Made by a program: the position numbers and the translations under genes. The notes beneath the pieces were generated by a model that had not been told where the DNA came from, searched no databases, and worked only from the letters and a program-made list of their open reading frames with translations. From positions 2,048,001-2,112,000 of the forward strand of contig OY829846.1 of assembly GCA_963691875.1 (NCBI GenBank): a DNA stretch of 64,000 bases. The letters run 5' to 3'. Source of the DNA: Aureliella sp. Its GTDB lineage: Bacteria > Planctomycetota > Planctomycetia > Pirellulales > Pirellulaceae. Below, piece by piece: positions 48,902-59,133 of this stretch. How positions within the stretch are numbered: the first letter of the stretch is position 1; every line of letters begins with the position of its first letter.

Positions 48902-50687
48902 GCTCTTGCAAATTCAAAAGAAACTCAGCTTGGCCAAGCAATTGGTCGTCAAAATCGAGCCGAATCACTTTCTCAGCCTGCAACTTGGCAATGACTTCAT
49001 CGTGCTCTGCAACAATCTGTTTGGCGACTCTGCGGATGCGACTTCGATTCAGCAAAAACGTTAGCACCACCATGCAATAAATAGCCAGTGGCAAAATCGA
49101 CAGAATCAGACTTGTAAAGAACAGCCCAGCCGGGGGTTGCGGGAAGTCCCCTACAGTCGTCCCTACACCCGTCATTGCGTTGTAACAAGCCAAGAAGTAG
49201 TCGCGATAAACTACGAAGATGGGACCGGACATCAGCAACCAAAAGATCGCGGTTCCAATGAGCGCTAAGAATTGGATGACAAAGCCGTTGGTGGCGTTGC
49301 GATCAATCGCACGATCAAAAATCGATTGCGACTGCGTTTGTAATTCTTCGATGCCGGACAGCCTCATGCCCGCCGAGTCAGCTTCCTCTCTGGAGCGGTC
49401 CATTCGAGGCCGCAACTTCATCACGGCACGATGAAATTGGTTGCACAAGGGACGCAATCGTTCTTCTACTTGATCCTGAGTCCGCCGTCGAATTCCGTCA
49501 CTGATTTCCGAATTGACTTCGCGATTCTGCCGAACCGTCTTTGCCCAAGATGCAAGTGCACCAAAAAGACTTGGAACACTTCCGGTCATCGCTAGGATCA
49601 CACGATCCCAAGCTCCTTGGGTCAAACTGAGCGTCGACATCACGGTGCGATAGGGAAACCAAAGCAGTGAAGTATCACTGACCAAGCGAGCCCGAAGACG
49701 AAGGCGAACTCCAGTCTCAAGAACCGATTCGCTTCCGAGCAAACTAGCTAGAACGCGGCCGGGAACTTGCTCCGTTTCACGATTCAACTCTGCCACGGCG
49801 CCAGAAAGCTGTGGCAGCTCTTCACCTATCATCTCAGCGACATCTTGCTTCAGCCTTTGATTGGCTGCCAATATTCGACGATCTCGCGTTGAGCTAAGCG
49901 TCATATCGGTGATGCCAAGATCATTGATCCGATCCAACACTGCTGTGCGAAAGACTTCGCCTGAAGCTTGCTCGTCGCCGGAGATCTCAAAGTCTGGCAC
50001 AAGCACTTCCTTGCTAAGCACCGCCTTAGGAGCCATAACCTGAAGCTGATCGCGCAGTGCCCGTAGATCTTCCTGTAGCGTGGCGTACGACACCGCTCCC
50101 GGCAGCTCCTCTGGCTCAACGGAACTGACAACTGGAATGCACACAGATCCATCAATTTGCTCTGCGATGCTCAGGTTCGCCGCTGCCCGTAGCTGGTCAC
50201 GAGCAACAACGAATAACTTGATCGGAGCAAGTGACAGCGCTTCCTTCGCAAGTCTTGCAGCGCGATGATTGGCGTCCGTCAGTCCTGGCGTGTCGAGGAT
50301 CACATACGGCTGACCAATGTGCAGCAGCTCTTCGGTAGGACAGGGATGATAAATCTCTTGGCTGGGATCCAAGTTCTCTGGAGCAATCGGTCCGACCCAG
50401 ACCAAGCGCGTCGTAGCATCGTCGATTAAGTCGCCCGAGCGGAGTTTCTTCTGTATGTTCTCTGCTCGAACAAATTGCCGCGCTGACCAAGTCTTGCCTT
50501 GGCCCTTTGCACCCACGATGGCAATCAATAGCGAGTCGATTCCGCGCCCAGTTTGAATGTTCTCTAAGTCGCAGCGGAAGCGATCGCAGGCACTCGAAAC
50601 CAACTGCGAAATCGACGACTCGCCAAAAACCGCCTGGGTCGATTCTGAGATTCGTCTCGCAAATACTAGATTGGGTACACTCATCAC
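48891..50687 (-). CDS. Dynamin-like/large GTPase with a C-terminal TM hairpin
   Basis: G1 GAKGQGKT, G2 ATT, G3 DTPG; long helical region; two TM helices near the C-terminus. Confidence 0.7.
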   Translation of the reverse strand: MMSVPNLVFARRISESTQAVFGESSISQLVSSACDRFRCDLENIQTGRGIDSLLIAIVGAKGQGKTWSARQFVRAENIQKKLRSGDLIDDATTRLVWVGPIAPENLDPSQEIYHPCPTEELLHIGQPYVILDTPGLTDANHRAARLAKEALSLAPIKLFVVARDQLRAAANLSIAEQIDGSVCIPVVSSVEPEELPGAVSYATLQEDLRALRDQLQVMAPKAVLSKEVLVPDFEISGDEQASGEVFRTAVLDRINDLGITDMTLSSTRDRRILAANQRLKQDVAEMIGEELPQLSGAVAELNRETEQVPGRVLASLLGSESVLETGVRLRLRARLVSDTSLLWFPYRTVMSTLSLTQGAWDRVILAMTGSVPSLFGALASWAKTVRQNREVNSEISDGIRRRTQDQVEERLRPLCNQFHRAVMKLRPRMDRSREEADSAGMRLSGIEELQTQSQSIFDRAIDRNATNGFVIQFLALIGTAIFWLLMSGPIFVVYRDYFLACYNAMTGVGTTVGDFPQPPAGLFFTSLILSILPLAIYCMVVLTFLLNRSRIRRVAKQIVAEHDEVIAKLQAEKVIRLDFDDQLLGQAEFLLNLQEHES

Positions 50688-50694
50688 ACCAGGC

Positions 50695-52947
50695 TCAGAT
50701 CAATCTCTGTGTTACCAATTGCAGTTGAGTTAAGAATGCCGAGTTCATCTCCCAGCGGTAGAGCGAGTAGTCACCGGCAGCCGCTTTGATGTCCAGACCG
50801 CTTGGCAAGAGCTGGCGCTGCGTACCTTCGCACTTCGAATAAGGCAATAGATTAGCGTCAGGTCTTGCAACTCCGATGGAATCGCAAAGTATCGCGAACA
50901 AGTCACTCAATTGTCGCCATGGAGTTTCTCGATGAACGATTTTGAGTGCTCCTGCGCCAGTCGCCATGGGAGTCATCACTGCTGCAATGCCAGCGGCAGC
51001 AAGCAGTTCTTTGATAGATGCGAATACAAGAACCGCAGAGCCACCTGCATCAATAGGTACTAAGATCACTGCCAATAGCGGTGCCATCATGACGGCGAGC
51101 GGCTGGGTGCTTTTCCAGAGCTTTTCTCGGAAACTCATCTGCTTCCAGATCTGCTCGCTCCACTTGTCCAGTTCGTCCCCATCCAGCTCAGTTTTGTCTT
51201 CTTCAGCGAAACGTCGCATTGCCAAGTCACAGCCGGCTTCCAGCTGTTCCAGACCACTTCGGTGGAAGGCATCGTGTATATCGCAGCTCTTAACCGCCTT
51301 CGCTAGTCGCTGAGGAGTCACAACTTGAGCCCCGTCGCCCTGCTTAAATCGCTTGGCAAAAACTGAAACGGATTCCGAGGCCGATTGCAAAATTTTGAGT
51401 CTACTCGCGGAGTTAGCGACGGCCTGGTGTAGCTGTCGCGCCGTTTTATCGATCCGCAAACTGAATTTCATCCAAGTCGGCGCCGTACGCTGAATGCTAT
51501 CGGCCATCTGTGACACGATAGCTGGCGAAGCCTGCAGACGCAATCCGGTGTTATTGCCTTGGCCGTCACGCTCGGCCATAAACTCATAACAAGCGTCCGC
51601 TAACGCTTGCCAAGCATCTGTGCGTTGACGAACAAGAAGCTGTTCGCAGCGAGTCATCCACTCTTGTGCAGAAAGACTCGCCGATTTTAACTGAATTTTT
51701 AAACTGCGACTGCTTTCGCGAGTCAGGTTACCAATGTCGAGCTCTTCGCCGAGATCGTGAAGGTACTTGAAGCTTGACGCTGTGCGAGTGCTGGAGTCTT
51801 CCCGCCAAGCGGTCTTTGAGCACTCGAAAAAAATGGGTTGCGAAGATCCATCCGGTGAATCTTGCATACGAGTCGGCTTTGGAGGAATACGAGTATCGGC
51901 CAACGAACTTCGAAAATCGTAAGCGCAATAGATACTCCGGATCGCATAGCGATCTTGCAGACATCGCGCTTGCTCAAACACCACCTCAGGTGTATACCTT
52001 GCTTTGACTTTGTTAACGGCAAGCATCCGAGGAACGCCTGGCATGGCATCGCGTAAGGTTTGTAAGATATCGAGCAGGCTGTCATCGTGCAAGCTGCTCA
52101 TTTTGCTGACCACAATGAATGCCGAGCAAAGACGTCCAATCTTCCGCAGCTGATCACGCCGCAAGTCTGCGAGATCTTCGCCGCGAATCAGCGTGCGAGC
52201 CCCCAGAAAACCTGTTTGGATATCCGGGCAATCCACCAAGCCCAGCTTGAGTTCATTCAGAGACTCATCGTAAGCGATCAACGGAACGTCCATCGGATCG
52301 ACCTGATTCGACCGCGTTTTCGAATTCTCTTCACTTGTTGTCGATTCCTCACTGTCGTTTCTCGACTGTTTCCTCTGCAACACTTCCTCGGGGCGTATTT
52401 TGCCACTGGATTGCAAGGCTGCAACTTCGGGATCTTCCGACAAATGTTCCGGTGGATGGCCAAAGACGCCACTAATAAAGCTGATCAGCGTATTGAGAAG
52501 CTCGCCATCATCCCACCAAACTTTCGGTAGCCAAAGAACGAATCGATGCGTGCCGGAGTCGTTGTTCAAGCCCGTCAAAATGCGGTGACGATTCTGGGGA
52601 CTCAAGTAGCTGGCGAGAAGCGAGCTTTTACCAGCGTTTAGCAACCCGGTAATTGCCATGATCGGGCAGCGCCCCACCGACTCGAATACGCTGAGTTGGT
52701 GTATTAATGCATCGATCCTAGCACGCAGCTCTGCTCCGAGATCCGCTTCTTCCATATTGGGCGCCACAAGATCGCAGCTAAGTGCATCCAAGAAGCTGAG
52801 CATCGCAGGTCCTGCATCATCGGCCGTCATTTTGCCCACTGGCGGATAAGTTCGGCTCAATAGCACACTTTCTCCGTCTGCGGCAAAGAGCTCAGCCAGT
52901 TCTCGCCAAGCTTCGTCCGATTTCTTGTTTGCCGAGAGAGGATTCAT
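50695..52947 (-). CDS. Dynamin-like/large GTPase with a hydrophobic C-terminal segment
   Basis: G1 GLLNAGKSS, G2 GT, G3-like DCPD, G4 NK; helical stalk; hydrophobic PLAVMMAPLLAVILVPI. Confidence 0.7.
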   Translation of the reverse strand: MNPLSANKKSDEAWRELAELFAADGESVLLSRTYPPVGKMTADDAGPAMLSFLDALSCDLVAPNMEEADLGAELRARIDALIHQLSVFESVGRCPIMAITGLLNAGKSSLLASYLSPQNRHRILTGLNNDSGTHRFVLWLPKVWWDDGELLNTLISFISGVFGHPPEHLSEDPEVAALQSSGKIRPEEVLQRKQSRNDSEESTTSEENSKTRSNQVDPMDVPLIAYDESLNELKLGLVDCPDIQTGFLGARTLIRGEDLADLRRDQLRKIGRLCSAFIVVSKMSSLHDDSLLDILQTLRDAMPGVPRMLAVNKVKARYTPEVVFEQARCLQDRYAIRSIYCAYDFRSSLADTRIPPKPTRMQDSPDGSSQPIFFECSKTAWREDSSTRTASSFKYLHDLGEELDIGNLTRESSRSLKIQLKSASLSAQEWMTRCEQLLVRQRTDAWQALADACYEFMAERDGQGNNTGLRLQASPAIVSQMADSIQRTAPTWMKFSLRIDKTARQLHQAVANSASRLKILQSASESVSVFAKRFKQGDGAQVVTPQRLAKAVKSCDIHDAFHRSGLEQLEAGCDLAMRRFAEEDKTELDGDELDKWSEQIWKQMSFREKLWKSTQPLAVMMAPLLAVILVPIDAGGSAVLVFASIKELLAAAGIAAVMTPMATGAGALKIVHRETPWRQLSDLFAILCDSIGVARPDANLLPYSKCEGTQRQLLPSGLDIKAAAGDYSLYRWEMNSAFLTQLQLVTQRLI

Positions 52948-53057
52948 GGTTCGTTTCGAGGCTCAACAAATCCATTCTTTGCTGGCTAGGACTCCTAAAA
53001 TTCAAAAGAGTGTTAATGAAGAAGGATCGTGTATGAGGATCGGCAGAGTGCTCGAGC

Positions 53058-53996
53058 TCAGCTCCCAAAATCAGAGTGGCGTGCTAAGACAGTTAAGCCT
53101 TGCAGCACCAAATCGGAATGCACAAAAACGGGCGACGAAAGATGAGGTGATATCCGCATACCGTCCCCGCCACTCAGTATAACCGGTACATTCCATTCTC
53201 CGTTCGAAGCGAAATCTTGGCTGTCCAACAAGTTTTTATCGGGTGAATGCCCCCGCCGATGCCCCCGTCGATAGCGCTCAACTACATGTGAGACGCCGCC
53301 AAGCAACGCACTTGCAGCCCCGCAGAGCATTGCTTCTTCGGTATTCTTCCCGGGAATTTCGGGGAGTGAGGTGAGATTGTCAGCGTTCATTTTGGGCAAT
53401 TGGTCTGTTCCTGCTCCCAACATCCGAAGCATCAGAGGAATGCCCGGCAGAATTGCACCTCCATGAAAGGTAAGTTTCTCGGCCGCAGCCGAGTAACCTG
53501 CCAGCTCACTAGGCAATGAAATTTCATCCACGGTAACAGCACTGCCAGCTTGGATAACAATCGCAGCTCCGGCGTGTTGCTCAAAACCAGTTTGTTCTCG
53601 AAGAAAATGTCCGCCAGCTAGTCCCGCCAAAAGTCGGTCGATCCCAACTCGGTCTGGAGCATCAACATTGACATCCAAAGGAAGATGCGAGTGATGCACC
53701 CGAATCAAGTTAGCACTCGGATCGCAAGATTCTGAAGTAAGGGATTTCTCGAGTATTTGCATTGCGTCGCGTCGAACGCTGCTGACTAGCCAAGTCGCTC
53801 CTTCGACTTGGGTAAACTCAGAAAGCTCGTCAAACCACGCCTCATCAGCTGGCTCGTAAAGCACCGCAGCAGTCTCAGATTGAAGGGGCGTGCCCGGAGG
53901 CAACCAATTGATCCGAGTGCGAGGCCCTATCGCCTGGGCGGCAACATGCAATTCAGCTATCCTTAAGCCACTATTGCCAATGTCGATCCCAAACAC
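53058..53996 (-). CDS. coaX: Type III pantothenate kinase
   Basis: IDIGNS, SSV, VGIDR, AGSAVTVD, GGAILPG, SGGDG, LVLQGL. Confidence 0.9.
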   Translation of the reverse strand: MFGIDIGNSGLRIAELHVAAQAIGPRTRINWLPPGTPLQSETAAVLYEPADEAWFDELSEFTQVEGATWLVSSVRRDAMQILEKSLTSESCDPSANLIRVHHSHLPLDVNVDAPDRVGIDRLLAGLAGGHFLREQTGFEQHAGAAIVIQAGSAVTVDEISLPSELAGYSAAAEKLTFHGGAILPGIPLMLRMLGAGTDQLPKMNADNLTSLPEIPGKNTEEAMLCGAASALLGGVSHVVERYRRGHRRGHSPDKNLLDSQDFASNGEWNVPVILSGGDGMRISPHLSSPVFVHSDLVLQGLTVLARHSDFGS

Positions 53997-54004
53997 TCTC
54001 GCAG

Positions 54005-55003
54005 CTATTGGACTTGCTCCTGCTGTAAAACATCGGCAACTCGGTGAATCAGTTGATTCAAGCCGGTACCCGTTACGGCACTGATTAGTAGCACGTCTTG
54101 TTGGAGTTCTTCACGCAACTGTCCACAAACTTCGCCCGCCTTGGGAAGCTCTGCTTTGCTCACGACCACAATTTCCGGACGCTGCGCGAGTTCATCCGAA
54201 TACTGTTCGAGTTCTGCACGAATGACTCGATAGTTTTCAATGGGGTCCGTGTCGTCTGTCGGTTCAGGTTCGACCAAGTGCACAATAATTCCAGCTCGCA
54301 TGATGTGCCGCAGGAAATCGTGCCCCAGTCCTACGCCTTCCGAAGCGCCTTCAATCAGCCCCGGAATGTCGGCGATCACAAAAGAACGATCGATGTTTGC
54401 ATTTACCAGACCAAGGTTTGGAAACTTGGTGGTGAAAGGATAATCTGCGATTTGAGGTCGGGCACGAGATATCCGACTCAGCAAAGTACTTTTGCCGGCG
54501 TTTGGCTTGCCGACCAGACCAACGTCCGCGATTACTTTCAACTCCAAGATCACGTGGCGTGCTTCGCCGTCGCCGCCAGGAGTAGATTCACGCGGAGCTT
54601 GGTTGGTGGAACTCTTGAAGTGCGGGTTTCCTCGTCCCCCACGTCCGCCGCGGGCTACGATGACCTCTTCGCCATCGGTGACCAGATCCTTGATCACCAT
54701 ACCCGAGTCGTAGTCGACGATGACGGTTCCCGGCGGGACTTCCACAACAAGATGCGAGCCGCTTTTGCCATGCTTGTTGGAGCCTTGGCCATGCTCACCC
54801 TTCGGGGCTTTCCAATGTTTGCGATGAGCGAACTCAACGAGGCTGTTCACACCCTCACGAGCACGAAAAACGATGTTTCCACCGTTGCCGCCATCACCAC
54901 CACTTGGACCGCCCAGTGGAACATGCTTCTCGCGACGGAAGGCAATGCAGCCATCGCCGCCCCGTCCGGCTTCAAGGTAAATATCTGCTCGATCAACAAA
55001 CAT
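54005..55003 (-). CDS. obgE: GTPase Obg/CgtA
   Basis: MFVDRA..GGDG..FRREK, GKPNAGKST, YPFTT, DIPG. Confidence 0.97.
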   Translation of the reverse strand: MFVDRADIYLEAGRGGDGCIAFRREKHVPLGGPSGGDGGNGGNIVFRAREGVNSLVEFAHRKHWKAPKGEHGQGSNKHGKSGSHLVVEVPPGTVIVDYDSGMVIKDLVTDGEEVIVARGGRGGRGNPHFKSSTNQAPRESTPGGDGEARHVILELKVIADVGLVGKPNAGKSTLLSRISRARPQIADYPFTTKFPNLGLVNANIDRSFVIADIPGLIEGASEGVGLGHDFLRHIMRAGIIVHLVEPEPTDDTDPIENYRVIRAELEQYSDELAQRPEIVVVSKAELPKAGEVCGQLREELQQDVLLISAVTGTGLNQLIHRVADVLQQEQVQ

Positions 55004-55261
55004 GATGTTCCACGCTTAATGATTCACGCCCCTAAAATCACGTCACACGTGAAAAGCTCCGCGAGCAAGTGAATTCCTAAGACTGCAGCGATCGATTGAG
55101 AATCACCTACCTGACAAACGTATAGACTTCCTTGCCACAGCGCAGAAAGCTACTCAATTACAAATGCGGCAGCTTCATTGTGCTCGATCTACGACAGATC
55201 GAAAAGCGAGAATTGAGATTCCCAACGCCAGGATGCTCCGGCAGACCAGATGCAGGTCGCC

Positions 55262-55516
55262 TTAGCTGGCTTCCGCAGGCACGACGTTAACGCGACGGCC
55301 CTTCTGGTCGAAGAAGATTTTGCCTTCGATGAGCGAAAATAGCGTGTAGTCGTTGCCCATTCCTACATTCTTGCCAGGTTTGAACTTTGTACCTACTTGG
55401 CGAACGATGATAGCTCCAGGCTGTGCAGCTTGACCGCCAAACAGCTTTACACCGCGACGCTGAGCGTTACTGTCGCGTCCGTTCCGAGTAGATCCTTGTC
55501 CCTTTTTGTGTGCCAT
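55262..55516 (-). CDS. rpmA: 50S ribosomal protein L27
   Basis: [25 protein letters not shown]. Confidence 0.98.
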   Translation of the reverse strand: MAHKKGQGSTRNGRDSNAQRRGVKLFGGQAAQPGAIIVRQVGTKFKPGKNVGMGNDYTLFSLIEGKIFFDQKGRRVNVVPAEAS

Positions 55517-55650
55517 GATCCTGACCGCCGCACCCGAGTGCTATTTGAATGGAAAATTGAATCTCAAGCCACTAACCTACAAGGGATGGGCGAGATGTAG
55601 CTACCGCTTCTGATCGAAAGGATGAAACATCCCCGACCTGACTCAGAAGT

Positions 55651-56601
55651 TTATCGGTAGTCCCACAGGTAATCAAGGCGTTCTTTTTGGCCATATTGGC
55701 TCAAAACATACTTTTGACGCTCTTCATCCTTCAAAGCCGGAATGCCAAAGCGAATATGATCTTCCAGTTCGAGAACGGTGTCGCCTGGACGCGAGAAGTG
55801 AAGAACAAGCGTCTTTTGAAGATACTTGATCTTGTCGCCAGCCGTTTCAAGCTTCTGAGCGTTAGTCAGGCCTTGAATAGTGACTGAAAAGAAGTCGATT
55901 CGAGGATCCACATCGGTCCAAGTCGCGACGCCCCAAAGTGCATTGTCTTTGGTGGCGGTCGTGAGCTCGACTTTTTCCTTCATGATCTGTTTCGAGTCCA
56001 AGATCGGCTGGCCAACACGCTCCTTGGCAGCAATGGCTTCCACTGCACCGGGAACAACGCGGTCCATGTAGACCTTACCCATGCCAAGAGAGTCGAGTCG
56101 GAAAGTCGGAACGAAGCGAACCCAATCGGCCGAAACTGCCTGAGGCTTGCCATAGACTTCGTTTTGGTACTTGTCTGGCTCGGGAACAGGCTTGAGGTCG
56201 CCGCCAAGATATCGAACGCGATAAAGCAGATACCAAACGACTTTACCGTTGACTTCAATCATTCGGACCGGCTTGAACGCAAACTGCAAACAGTGAACTT
56301 CCTTGCGGAAGGTAACTTGTTTTGCATTCTCGAGAACGATCTCGGTCTTCGGATCGAAGTTTGGCTGCCAGTCCAAATCTGGGTTCAACGCTACAAGAGG
56401 CAGGTCAACGGGGCCTTCCGCTGTCTCGCCGCGAACCGCCGCCGGCTCAATGACTTGCAAAACTCCAGGAGCCAACTTTCGGCCTTTGCCACCAGTAGAA
56501 ACCGGGACTTGAGCCACGGCGATCTGCGAGGCTGCGAGAAGGATAGCAAAGGTGCAGACTACGGATGGACGAATTCTCAGGCGCATGTTGCGAACCGACA
56601 T
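55651..56601 (-). CDS. Secreted conserved hypothetical protein
   Basis: Signal peptide; FKPVRM, WYLLYRV, WGVATW..VDP, GLTNA, F.RPGD. Confidence 0.8.
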   Translation of the reverse strand: MSVRNMRLRIRPSVVCTFAILLAASQIAVAQVPVSTGGKGRKLAPGVLQVIEPAAVRGETAEGPVDLPLVALNPDLDWQPNFDPKTEIVLENAKQVTFRKEVHCLQFAFKPVRMIEVNGKVVWYLLYRVRYLGGDLKPVPEPDKYQNEVYGKPQAVSADWVRFVPTFRLDSLGMGKVYMDRVVPGAVEAIAAKERVGQPILDSKQIMKEKVELTTATKDNALWGVATWTDVDPRIDFFSVTIQGLTNAQKLETAGDKIKYLQKTLVLHFSRPGDTVLELEDHIRFGIPALKDEERQKYVLSQYGQKERLDYLWDYR

Positions 56602-56782
56602 GGTAGATCCAAGGGATTAGAGAAGAGATGGAAGCTGCAGCATCCACCTACCTTTCCTAGTTTAAGGCATTAATAGTTTAATTGACAAATACGCAAACTA
56701 AAGCCTGTTCCTGGCCGAAGCCTGCGAGCAGCCCAGTAGTGGGGTGTGGATATCGTGGATTGTAGCGTTTCCAGGCATATTT

Positions 56783-57181
56783 TCAGGGAACGTACACTCT
56801 AGCCAGCAGTTTTTCGTCCACGCTGAAGTCGACGAACTTGCTCTGCGGGTCCCAAACAGCGTCGCCGCCGCCTTCTCGCAAGCCAATGCCATGTTCCTTC
56901 GAGGAGAGCTTTACCCTGACGCAACGAACTCTGGCATTGGTGTTTGCATTCAAGATGTCCAAGAAGTAGCTACCTCCACGACCGGGATCCATCGGCGCTT
57001 GAGCCAGAAATTTGTATTTGCCATCTGGCGAGTCGGCGATGATTCCTCCCCAAACCAGCCCATAAGTCGAAACCCACCAGGCAAGCCAAAGTGCGATCGC
57101 ACTTCCGAAACCGCCGATAAAGGAATTGAGTTTCGGCAGCCTTCTTGGGCGTTTGGGCGGAGTCGCTTTCTGGTCGAACAA
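56783..57181 (-). CDS. Hypothetical single-TM protein
   Basis: AGGAGA RBS-like motif; one TM followed by a beta-rich domain (SPDGKY). Confidence 0.55.
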   Translation of the reverse strand: MFDQKATPPKRPRRLPKLNSFIGGFGSAIALWLAWWVSTYGLVWGGIIADSPDGKYKFLAQAPMDPGRGGSYFLDILNANTNARVRCVRVKLSSKEHGIGLREGGGDAVWDPQSKFVDFSVDEKLLARVYVP

Positions 57182-57383
57182 CAGTCATCTCCTAATAATC
57201 GTTTAACGACCAGCCGCACGCGCCGTCTTGCCTTGGTTTAGTTGCAATGGTTAGCTACTCTCCCTCTGGGAACGTCGTGAGGGAAACGAGCGGAGAGGGC
57301 CACCCCGTGCCGAAAGTCTTGACGACTTCCGATATAGTCTTTTGTCTCGCCCCACCCGGCGGGTTCCGCTACACTATAACGTT

Positions 57384-58922
57384 TTACGCAACGATGTCGT
57401 GGATGACGTGTCCATCAACGTCGGTCAGCCGGAAGTCTCTGCCTTGGTAGCGATAAGTCAACTTCTTGTGATCGATTCCCATCAAGTGCAGAATCGTTGC
57501 ATTTAGATCATGGATGTGCATCGTTCCTGGAGTCCACTCCTCCTTGTTCGGCTGAGGGAAGATCGGGTTTCCATCCGCATCGGCTATGTTGTAGCCGTAC
57601 TCGTCGGTACGACCATACGTGATTCCAGGTTTGACTCCACCGCCCGCCATCCAGGTCGTAAAGCAACGTGGGTGATGGTCGCGACCATAGGTCTTATCTG
57701 TCAGCGTGCCTTGGCAGTAAACCGTTCGTCCGAACTCACCACCCCAAACGACTAACGTGTCGTCCAGCATGCCCTTGCGTTTGAGATCTTGAATCAGCCC
57801 GGCACAAGCCTGATCGATATCCTTGCACTGCGATTCGTGTTCCGTCGGCAAGCGTCCGTGTGCGTCCCAGCCACGATGGAAGATCTGAATGTTGCGCACG
57901 CCGCGTTCCGCCAGACGTCTTGCGTTTAGACAACAAGCAGCAAACGTACCCGGTGTCTTTGCCTCTTCGCCGTAAAGCTTGAAAGTCTCTTCGGATTCAC
58001 TCGAAAGGTCCATCAACTCTGGCACGGAGGACTGCATGCGATAAGCCATCTCGTGCTGCGTGATGCGAGCGAGAATTTCAGGATCGCCGAACTGCTCGTG
58101 CTGAACGGAGTTGATTGCGGACAAGGCGTCGAGCTGCTGACGGCGATCTTCTCGGGTCACGCCAGGCGGATTGCTCAGGTAAAGCACCGGATCGCCCTGG
58201 CTTCGCATGAGGATGCCTTGGTGCTCCGAGGGCAAAAAGCCGGGCCCCCAAAGGCGATTGAAAAGACTCTGTTCAGGAAAACTCGTCTTGGCGTGCATCA
58301 CCACATAGTGCGGCAAATCTTTGTTCACACTGCCAAGTCCATAGCTCAGCCAAGCCCCAAGACTTGGACGGCCTGGAACTTGGCTGCCGGTTTGGATGTA
58401 GGTTATCGCCGGATCGTGGTTGATGGCTTCAGTAAATGTGGAGTGGACAACGCAGAGATCTTTGGCGACCTTTGCAGTGTGAGGTAACAACTCGCTGACC
58501 CAAACTCCGTCTTGGTTGTTGTCTTGCTTTTCAAATTTGTACTTGCTGGGGCAAATCGGAAGCCCGTTTTTCTGCCTCGCCGTCATGCCGGTGATACGCT
58601 GTCCATCGCGAACTCCATCGGGCAACTGCTCGTTGAATCTGTCTTTCAGTCCAGGCTTGTAGTCCCACATATCCAAGTGGCTTGGCCCGCCGCTCATGAA
58701 CAAGTAGATCACGCGTTTGGCTTTTGCGCGATGATGCAAACCGCCCGCAAGATCTTCACCTTTCTGCTGCGGAGCTTCATCTGCCCGAGCGTTTCCTTGC
58801 ATCAAGCTCGCCAGAGCCGCGGTGCCGAGCCCAAGTGCGGCTTTGCCGAAAAGTTGACGGCGAGTGGAAAGCAGTGCTTGCTCGCGAATCGGATTATTAG
58901 AGGAGTTTGTCATATTGTGCAT
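57384..58922 (-). CDS. DUF1501 (sulfatase-like) protein, Tat-exported
   Basis: TRRQL; AKRVIYLFMSGGPSHLDMWDYKP; GWDAH; WGGEFGRT; GRDH. Start may be 58913. Confidence 0.95.
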   Translation of the reverse strand: MHNMTNSSNNPIREQALLSTRRQLFGKAALGLGTAALASLMQGNARADEAPQQKGEDLAGGLHHRAKAKRVIYLFMSGGPSHLDMWDYKPGLKDRFNEQLPDGVRDGQRITGMTARQKNGLPICPSKYKFEKQDNNQDGVWVSELLPHTAKVAKDLCVVHSTFTEAINHDPAITYIQTGSQVPGRPSLGAWLSYGLGSVNKDLPHYVVMHAKTSFPEQSLFNRLWGPGFLPSEHQGILMRSQGDPVLYLSNPPGVTREDRRQQLDALSAINSVQHEQFGDPEILARITQHEMAYRMQSSVPELMDLSSESEETFKLYGEEAKTPGTFAACCLNARRLAERGVRNIQIFHRGWDAHGRLPTEHESQCKDIDQACAGLIQDLKRKGMLDDTLVVWGGEFGRTVYCQGTLTDKTYGRDHHPRCFTTWMAGGGVKPGITYGRTDEYGYNIADADGNPIFPQPNKEEWTPGTMHIHDLNATILHLMGIDHKKLTYRYQGRDFRLTDVDGHVIHDIVA

Positions 58923-59133
58923 TTACTTCGGATTCGTTTTCAGGACTTGCCGCGAGTTTTGCAAGGTTGGGATACTCACTCGCTGCCGCGTCGTGCTTTT
59001 GTTTTATTAGCGGCTTTGGCGCTAGCCGCCGGTTCTTCTATGGTTCGGTTGGAACTTCGATATGTTGTTCGAAAGCAAGCCGGCGTGTGTGGCTGGGCGT
59101 TAAACGATTGGTTCGGTATCGGCCCCATATCCG

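Noticed and set aside
54098..55072. 324-aa + strand ORF
   Set aside because: Antisense to obgE, with no motifs.
55262..55650. rpmA without upstream rplU
   Set aside because: A split rplU-rpmA arrangement is probably lineage-typical gene order, not a novel system.
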